37,372 bases of DNA, from positions 17,772 through 55,143 of the forward strand of contig CAZNKH010000001.1 of assembly GCA_964574105.1 (NCBI GenBank), read 5' to 3'. The position numbers were made by a program, and so were the translations under genes. Source of the stretch: an uncultured Candidatus Saccharibacteria bacterium (GTDB taxonomy: Bacteria; Patescibacteriota; Minisyncoccia; Phycocordibacterales; UBA9988). Positions 31,937 through 37,372 of the stretch are shown here, piece by piece. Numbering within the stretch: position 1 is the first letter of the stretch; each line of letters opens with the position of its first letter. The notes beneath the pieces were generated by a model that saw only the letters and a list, made by a program, of their open reading frames with translations, searched no databases and was not told the DNA's origin.

Positions 31937-34900
31937 AGCTCGTTGCGTCAGGTGATAAAAAAGGATCGTGTGCTATATATTTTCTCCAGTGTTTTCTCAT
32001 ATACGCAGAATCTTCTTTCGGAACCCCCATAGGTCGTGATGCTGATTCGTGATGAATAAGGTTTGCGTATGGGGTGGCGAGTATAGAATACTTACATTCA
32101 TACAGACGAAGGCAGTAATCAACATCATTAAATGCAACAGAGAGCTGTTCATTAAAGCCATTAATGCGACTCCAGAGATCTCGTTTAGTAAGAAGACAAG
32201 CACCGGTAACTGCAAGAAATTCGCGTGTAATTTGTGTTGTGTACAAATCCTCTGCCAACCGCGGAGGAGTGCCACGATATGCATTATGCGCGACAATCGT
32301 TGGGCCTAGACCCATTAGGACTCCAAAATGTTGAATTCTTCCATCTGGATACCAAAGCTTCGCGCCAACTGCCCCTACATGAGGACGCAGTCCCTGTTCA
32401 ACAAGCGCATGGAGCCATTCAGCATCTGTGATGATTGTATCATCATTAAGAAAGAGTATGAGCTCCCCGTCTCCCGATTGCGCTCCGCGATTAGCCATTG
32501 TAGAAAAATTGAAGATTCCATTATAAGCAACCTCTCGCACAGTATCAGGGTAATACTTCGAGAGATACCGCTGTATGGCAGAAGTGCCGTTATGATTCAC
32601 CACAGAGACAGAATAGTTCTGATACCTCGTTCGTTTAAAGAGACTCTCGAGACAAGTAGTAAGGAGCCCCGCATCTCGGCTCGCAATGACAATATCTACC
32701 CGCGGCTCTCTTGAGATTGCATACCGAATATCAACTCGGCAAGAAGTCTCTGAATGGAGAGAGACTTTCGCTGTTTCTCCACTTCTAGCAATATCCGCCT
32801 TGACCGCACGAAGAATGTTCTGTAACGCATACGGTTTAGTCCCTATGGCAAAAGCCGTAGAATTCGGGTGTGCGCGCCAAAGGTAGAGTGGGAGTGGTAT
32901 GTGCACAATATGTGAACAAAGTGGACGAATACGAAGTAAAAAATCATGATCCTGTGCTCCATCACATTCTGAAGACAGACCTCCTACGCGGCGTACGATA
33001 GTAGTACGCACCACAGTGAGATGCGAAATATAGTTAATGGAGCGAAGCATCTCTGGAGACCAGCCTGGTTTCTGGACAACATGACGAACAGTTCCCCCAT
33101 CATCACTCGATACAATTTCATCACTGTAGAGAATGTCTGCTTCTTGAGTGCGGAGTATACGGGCATATTCCTCCAGCGCGTGAGGAGCAAGAAGGTCGTC
33201 TTGATCCATAAATGCAATATAATCCCCTCTGACATTCTTGATTGCTTCATTTGTATTCCCTGATATACCCAGATTTTTCTCCAACATCACAGCAGTGACA
33301 CGCGGATTGCGTCGCACAGCCATAGTAATTACATCTTGCGCCTCTTCTGACACCTCCGAGCACGCAAGACAAAGTTCCCAATTACTGTATGTTTGCCAAA
33401 AGACAGAATTCAGAGCCTCTCGTAGATGTCTCGTCTCTGGGCGCCATACAGGAATAACGATACTGAATAGCGGTCCCATCCGCTGCGGTACAATAGATTG
33501 TGTGGTGAAAGAAGCAGGGACTGCAGGCAATAAAGATTCTTTGCCTGTTAAGTCGGGAATTAAATGAGAGAGTGCCATAAGAGCGATGGAAGGAGAAAAG
33601 AAATCTTTAATGTATTGAAGTCCTTCCATTGAATATCTTTTAAAGAGATGCTCATCGGTGTATACAGAATAAACCAAAGAAGCGATACTTTCTGCATCTT
33701 CTCCAATAAGACAGGGTAGAGGTTCTGGGAAGCCCTCAGCAGCAATAGGAGTTGCGACAACGGGAACGCCGAATGATAAAGATTCTACCACCTTGACTTT
33801 TGCCCCAGCACCGAAGCGGAGCGGAGCGAGTGATACACGAGCATTTTTATAGAGGTCTGCGAGCTCTGTATCACTTGGATGATGGACGAATTCAACGGTA
33901 TCTATCTCCTTTGTCGCGAACAAAGGGATGAATGAGCCAGCAATAACAATACGAGTAGATGGGAGAAGGCGTCTAATACACGGAATAATCTCTTCCCGCA
34001 GCCAAACGAGTGCATCACAATTTGGCTGATGCAGAAATCCTCCTACAAAGAGGATAGAATCCCCTGACGCAACCTCGGGTAATGGATGAGATGCTGATGT
34101 AGAAATAATGTGGTTAGGAATAACAGAAACAGGCAGAGAAGCGGGCACGCGAGCACATATATATTTCTGCTCAAAGCTTGAATGGGTCGCGATTCCTTGT
34201 GCAAACAAAAAAGCTTCCTCCTCGTTTGAGAGTACTTGAGCATATAGATCCCGAGAACTTTCTAATGTTCTATGTGTCCGCAACGATTCTACATCAGCTA
34301 CACAGAGAATAAATTTTGCATTCGTGTAAGGACGAAGTCTTGGCGCAAGATCAGACATCACTACGGAACGGAAAAAGAGTATCGTGTGGACACTGTGTCC
34401 GTGTAGTTTAATCCACACAGGTAGAGACAGAGGATGGAGGACCTCTACATCAAGCGACGCGAGAGAAGTATCAAGGATATCTTGACACCCGTACTTCCAC
34501 GGAACAAATTTCACAATACACCCGAGTGAAGTAAGAAGAGTAAGATATTGGTAGGTACACCTTGATCCAGCATCTTCCTCTGGATGTGGCATACGATGGT
34601 CAACAACAAGAATGATTGGCGCCTTGCGTTGATTTTCCACCCCCATAGTACGCAGTTGATTTGTTGTAGAGAACGAGGGCAGTATTCTTTTCCATTTTTC
34701 AACAAAAAGATCTCTCCTCTGCCGAGTCAGAGATTCTATACGAGAAAGTCCCTCTGCGCCGTAAGAAGTATTACTCCAGTGGACTACTTTTGACTGAGGT
34801 TGGTAGAGTACATGATATCCTTGAGAAATTGCGGTAAGAGCAAGATCAGCATCTTCGTAGTATGCGGGGAAAAATCGCACATCGTAGCCACCAACCAAAT

Positions 34901-35708
34901 CCCAAAAACTCTTTCTGATACAAAGTGCGGCTCCGGAGATGTAATCAACGGGGCGACTGTAACGATATTCTGAAGTGAATCGCGTACCACCGTTACCATA
35001 TTGAGCAGTACGACCATCAGAAAAAATCCTTCCTCCGGCTTCTTGAATTGAGCCATTGGGCCATAAGAACATAGGCCCAGAGATTACCGCGTCCTTTCTT
35101 TGCTCTAAGATTGTAATGAGTGGAGCAAGCCACCCAGGCTGTGGCACAGTGTCATTGTTAAGTTGAATAAGGTACACACCTCGCGCATGCGATGCGCCCT
35201 CATTTGCGCTCAATAGATATCCAAGACTTTTTTCATGTCTTATAACAGTGATGTTTTGTATGCGGGAGAGTTCTATTTCTGTCTCATCAGATGAACCATC
35301 ATCAACAATAATTAATTCGTAGGGAATATCGTTTGTATGAACACGCAAGGCGTTGAGACAGAGTAGGGTTGAATCCCATTGATTGTTACAGCAGATTACA
35401 ATACTCACGAGCGGATCGGAGTATGTAGGAAAATGAATAGATTTCTCCATAGGCGGCATCACAACTCGAAGAAATAGAGGATCGAATGAAAGACGAGCGC
35501 GTTGCTCTTTCTCAAAGGAGAGAATATCGTAAGCATCCTGAAACATAGCACGCAGTCCATAGTGAAAAAAGATTTTAATACTCCTCTTAATGCGATGAGG
35601 ACGAGCAAAAAGTATAAACGGATACCATAAGAAAACAGAGAAGGTTTTTTGCGTTAGATCTGCAATCCTGAATACCCGCGAATATATATTGTGAATGACA
35701 TTTTTCAT
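31902..35708 (-). CDS. Four-module glycosyltransferase (GT2, GT-B/GT4-like, GT2, GT2), 1268 aa
   Basis: Module 1 (about 34761-35414) reads VSIVICCNN...IIVDDGSSD...LNNDT. Module 2 (about 33561-34622) reads ILFVGGF...VSLAPLRFGAGAKVKVVESLSFGVPVVATP. Module 3 (about 32841-33473) reads FSIVIPVW...FMDQDD. Module 4 (about 32016-32705) reads VDIVIASRD...LFLNDDT...FNDVDYCLR. I chose the start at MKNVIHN (35708), 4 nt after the ATPase stop. Confidence 0.85.
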   Translation of the reverse strand: MKNVIHNIYSRVFRIADLTQKTFSVFLWYPFILFARPHRIKRSIKIFFHYGLRAMFQDAYDILSFEKEQRARLSFDPLFLRVVMPPMEKSIHFPTYSDPLVSIVICCNNQWDSTLLCLNALRVHTNDIPYELIIVDDGSSDETEIELSRIQNITVIRHEKSLGYLLSANEGASHARGVYLIQLNNDTVPQPGWLAPLITILEQRKDAVISGPMFLWPNGSIQEAGGRIFSDGRTAQYGNGGTRFTSEYRYSRPVDYISGAALCIRKSFWDLVGGYDVRFFPAYYEDADLALTAISQGYHVLYQPQSKVVHWSNTSYGAEGLSRIESLTRQRRDLFVEKWKRILPSFSTTNQLRTMGVENQRKAPIILVVDHRMPHPEEDAGSRCTYQYLTLLTSLGCIVKFVPWKYGCQDILDTSLASLDVEVLHPLSLPVWIKLHGHSVHTILFFRSVVMSDLAPRLRPYTNAKFILCVADVESLRTHRTLESSRDLYAQVLSNEEEAFLFAQGIATHSSFEQKYICARVPASLPVSVIPNHIISTSASHPLPEVASGDSILFVGGFLHQPNCDALVWLREEIIPCIRRLLPSTRIVIAGSFIPLFATKEIDTVEFVHHPSDTELADLYKNARVSLAPLRFGAGAKVKVVESLSFGVPVVATPIAAEGFPEPLPCLIGEDAESIASLVYSVYTDEHLFKRYSMEGLQYIKDFFSPSIALMALSHLIPDLTGKESLLPAVPASFTTQSIVPQRMGPLFSIVIPVWRPETRHLREALNSVFWQTYSNWELCLACSEVSEEAQDVITMAVRRNPRVTAVMLEKNLGISGNTNEAIKNVRGDYIAFMDQDDLLAPHALEEYARILRTQEADILYSDEIVSSDDGGTVRHVVQKPGWSPEMLRSINYISHLTVVRTTIVRRVGGLSSECDGAQDHDFLLRIRPLCSHIVHIPLPLYLWRAHPNSTAFAIGTKPYALQNILRAVKADIARSGETAKVSLHSETSCRVDIRYAISREPRVDIVIASRDAGLLTTCLESLFKRTRYQNYSVSVVNHNGTSAIQRYLSKYYPDTVREVAYNGIFNFSTMANRGAQSGDGELILFLNDDTIITDAEWLHALVEQGLRPHVGAVGAKLWYPDGRIQHFGVLMGLGPTIVAHNAYRGTPPRLAEDLYTTQITREFLAVTGACLLTKRDLWSRINGFNEQLSVAFNDVDYCLRLYECKYSILATPYANLIHHESASRPMGVPKEDSAYMRKHWRKYIAHDPFLSPDATSFTCFSDADNDR

Positions 35709-35712
35709 GACA

Positions 35713-36468
35713 TTATGGACACGCAGAAAGAATTTCACGATAACGAGTAATCGCGTAGGATGGATCTCCATCAAAAAGAATCTCTCCTCTTTCAAGTAAG
35801 AGCACTCGGTTCATCATCCTTTCTACTGATTCCAGATTATGTGTAGCTAAAATAACAGTACGATGAGCAAGTGCCTCATTCTCCAACCAATTGAGTGCTC
35901 TGGTTCTAAACATTTCATCAGTGCCAACATCCAGAGCCTCATCCAGAAGAAGTATTTCCGGACGAGTTTCCATAATAATTTCTTTCATACACGAGAAGCC
36001 AAGACGCGTGTACATACCAGATGAGAATTGCGCCACATATACTTCGTCATAGCCATGAAGACCAGAAAAATTAACAATATTACTATAAAGTAGAGGGATT
36101 CTGGCGCGAGGGACACCAAAGATCTGTGCAACGAGAAAAACATTTTGGCGCATTGAGAGATCGGGAGAGAGAGCAAATGAATAACCAGAGACATAAAGAG
36201 AGTTTCCACGAACCAGAAGTTGTCCCTTATTAGGGGTATAGACACCAGCGATAGTTTTAAGTAGTGTACTCTTTCCGGAACCATTGCGACCAATAATAGC
36301 GAGCTTTTCACCTGCCTGAATACGACAAGCATTGACAGTAAGAGCAGTCTTTTTATCCCATCTCTTTCGATGTAAGAAAGTTCTAAGCAGACTAGTGTCC
36401 CCCTTACGGAGAGTAAACTCTTTTATTAGAGTATCTATCTCGATGACGGAGTCTGCAGGATTAGACAT
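35713..36468 (-). CDS. ABC transporter ATP-binding protein, polysaccharide/teichoic-acid exporter type (Wzt/TagH-like), NBD only
   Basis: Walker A reads GRNGSGKSTLLKTIAG. The signature variant reads FSSGMYTRLGFS. Walker B reads ILLLDEAL. The H-loop reads ILATHN. I chose the start at MSNPAD (36468), which overlaps the permease stop by 8 nt. Confidence 0.85.
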   Translation of the reverse strand: MSNPADSVIEIDTLIKEFTLRKGDTSLLRTFLHRKRWDKKTALTVNACRIQAGEKLAIIGRNGSGKSTLLKTIAGVYTPNKGQLLVRGNSLYVSGYSFALSPDLSMRQNVFLVAQIFGVPRARIPLLYSNIVNFSGLHGYDEVYVAQFSSGMYTRLGFSCMKEIIMETRPEILLLDEALDVGTDEMFRTRALNWLENEALAHRTVILATHNLESVERMMNRVLLLERGEILFDGDPSYAITRYREILSACP

Positions 36469-37216
36469 ATTCAATAGCACGAGAATTCAAGAAGTAGTAG
36501 AAAGATCCTGCTACACATAGAGAGGTGAAGATGAGTAAACTTGTGTGAACAAGGAGCGGGACTATATTTTCTCTCGAAGAAAAGAGAAGCGTGCGAGATA
36601 GGGTAAGAAACGGGTACAGTGGATTTATAAAAGCAATTGAACGAGGAATAATATCTGCGTAAAAGATTGGCGTTCCAATAAAAAGAATTTGTAGAGCAAA
36701 ACGGACAACATTTGTGGTATCCGCGATAAGCGCACCCATAATTGAGAGGGAGTAAACATTCGCAATAAGAAAAAGAGACATACACACAGTAAGAGAAAGG
36801 TACCAAAGAATACCAAAGAGAGAAATGTCGTTTATATACATCAGTACGATAAGAAGGATTACTTCAAACATATGGGCGTAGAGCTGACGAAGGACAAGAG
36901 AGATGGAAAGAACGGGAATGGATAGACGCATACCTGTCAAAAGATGGCGATATCCACGAATCAATCCTGGCGCCTCAACGATGACTGTTGAGAAAAAATT
37001 GTAAATAATCAAACCAGAAAAAAGGTATACCGCATAATGAGTTATGCGTGCACCTTCACTAGTGTTAAATATAGAAAAGATGATTAAGAAAAGCGCTATC
37101 GGATCAAGGAGATACCATAGTATACCTAATACTGACTGCTCATTGCGGAGTAAGAATGACGAGTAAGAAAGTGCTCTCACTTGCTGTATTCCGAGCCGCA
37201 ATTGTGTTTTATCCAT
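36461..37216 (-). CDS. ABC-2 type exporter permease (Wzm/TagG-like)
   Basis: The protein is 251 aa with about 6 hydrophobic helices. It sits directly upstream of, and overlaps, the Wzt-like ATPase, which is the typical order and size. Confidence 0.75.
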   Translation of the reverse strand: MDKTQLRLGIQQVRALSYSSFLLRNEQSVLGILWYLLDPIALFLIIFSIFNTSEGARITHYAVYLFSGLIIYNFFSTVIVEAPGLIRGYRHLLTGMRLSIPVLSISLVLRQLYAHMFEVILLIVLMYINDISLFGILWYLSLTVCMSLFLIANVYSLSIMGALIADTTNVVRFALQILFIGTPIFYADIIPRSIAFINPLYPFLTLSRTLLFSSRENIVPLLVHTSLLIFTSLCVAGSFYYFLNSRAIEYV

Positions 37217-37223
37217 CCAGCCT

Positions 37224-37229
37224 ATTGTA
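37224..37229 (-). promoter_or_regulatory. Putative -10 of the permease/ATPase/giant-GT operon with leaderless geometry
   Basis: The minus strand reads TACAAT (37229..37224), 7 nt, ATG 37216. It abuts the upstream stop codon. Confidence 0.35.
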
Positions 37230-37230
37230 C

Positions 37231-37372
37231 CTACTTTCGCGTTCGGGACAATAAAGATTGCGCAGCTCGTATAATTCCCGCCTCGTCAAGTCCATACTCC
37301 TTTAAAAGCTCTGGTGAAGTACCAGATTGCCCAAATACATCTTTTACCGCAACCATCTCTATTATCGTTGGG
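37231..37372 (-). CDS. tkt: Transketolase C-terminal end (partial; the 5' part lies outside the window)
   Basis: Manual minus-strand translation gives PTIIEMVAVKDVFGQSGTSPELLKEYGLDEAGIIRAAQSLLSRTRK*. The FGQSG...LL..YGL block is the conserved transketolase C-terminus. Only 46 residues are visible. Confidence 0.65.
   Translation of the reverse strand, partial: PTIIEMVAVKDVFGQSGTSPELLKEYGLDEAGIIRAAQSLLSRTRK

Noticed and set aside
1-37372. CRISPR arrays, IS elements, integrases, prophage, toxin-antitoxin or restriction-modification genes.
   Set aside because: No ORF showed the relevant motifs and no spaced direct repeats were seen in the few intergenic regions. An exhaustive repeat search was not possible by eye and should be run computationally.

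Overview
This is a gene-dense bacterial chromosome segment that uses the standard genetic code (TGA acts as a stop). I call 33 protein-coding genes (two are partial at the window edges) and one tRNA-Thr(UGU). I saw no rRNA, CRISPR array, transposase, integrase or phage genes. Positions 1-27.7 kb are almost entirely information-processing and core genes: rpoB, trmD, a KH protein, rpsP, rnr, smc, rnc, a nusB-Nudix fusion, rpmF, rnhB, dnaE, thrS, gyrB, pheST, tsf, rpsB, prfA, rpmE, rplY and fba. Interspersed among them are an orphan type IV pilin, a 566-aa secreted Trp-repeat protein and a coiled-coil lytic transglycosylase. Many housekeeping proteins are clearly shorter than their textbook homologues. 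Intergenic space is minimal, with several ATGA overlaps and convergent stop-codon overlaps. By inference only, this fits a reduced-genome lineage such as CPR/Patescibacteria. Positions 27.7-37.2 kb hold the most system-like content, an envelope-glycan locus built from two convergent operons. One operon encodes a PfkB kinase, a GT-C-like membrane protein, a Dpm1/Ppm1-like GT2 and a GT4. The other encodes an ABC-2 permease, an ATPase and a 1268-aa four-module glycosyltransferase. The 3' ends of the two operons overlap by 35 nt. A window-wide regulatory pattern also stands out. About 15 operon-leading genes have a -10 hexamer (often TGn-extended) ending 6-9 nt before the start codon with no Shine-Dalgarno sequence, which predicts leaderless mRNAs. 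All product calls rest on motifs I recognised by eye in the translations; no database search was run.
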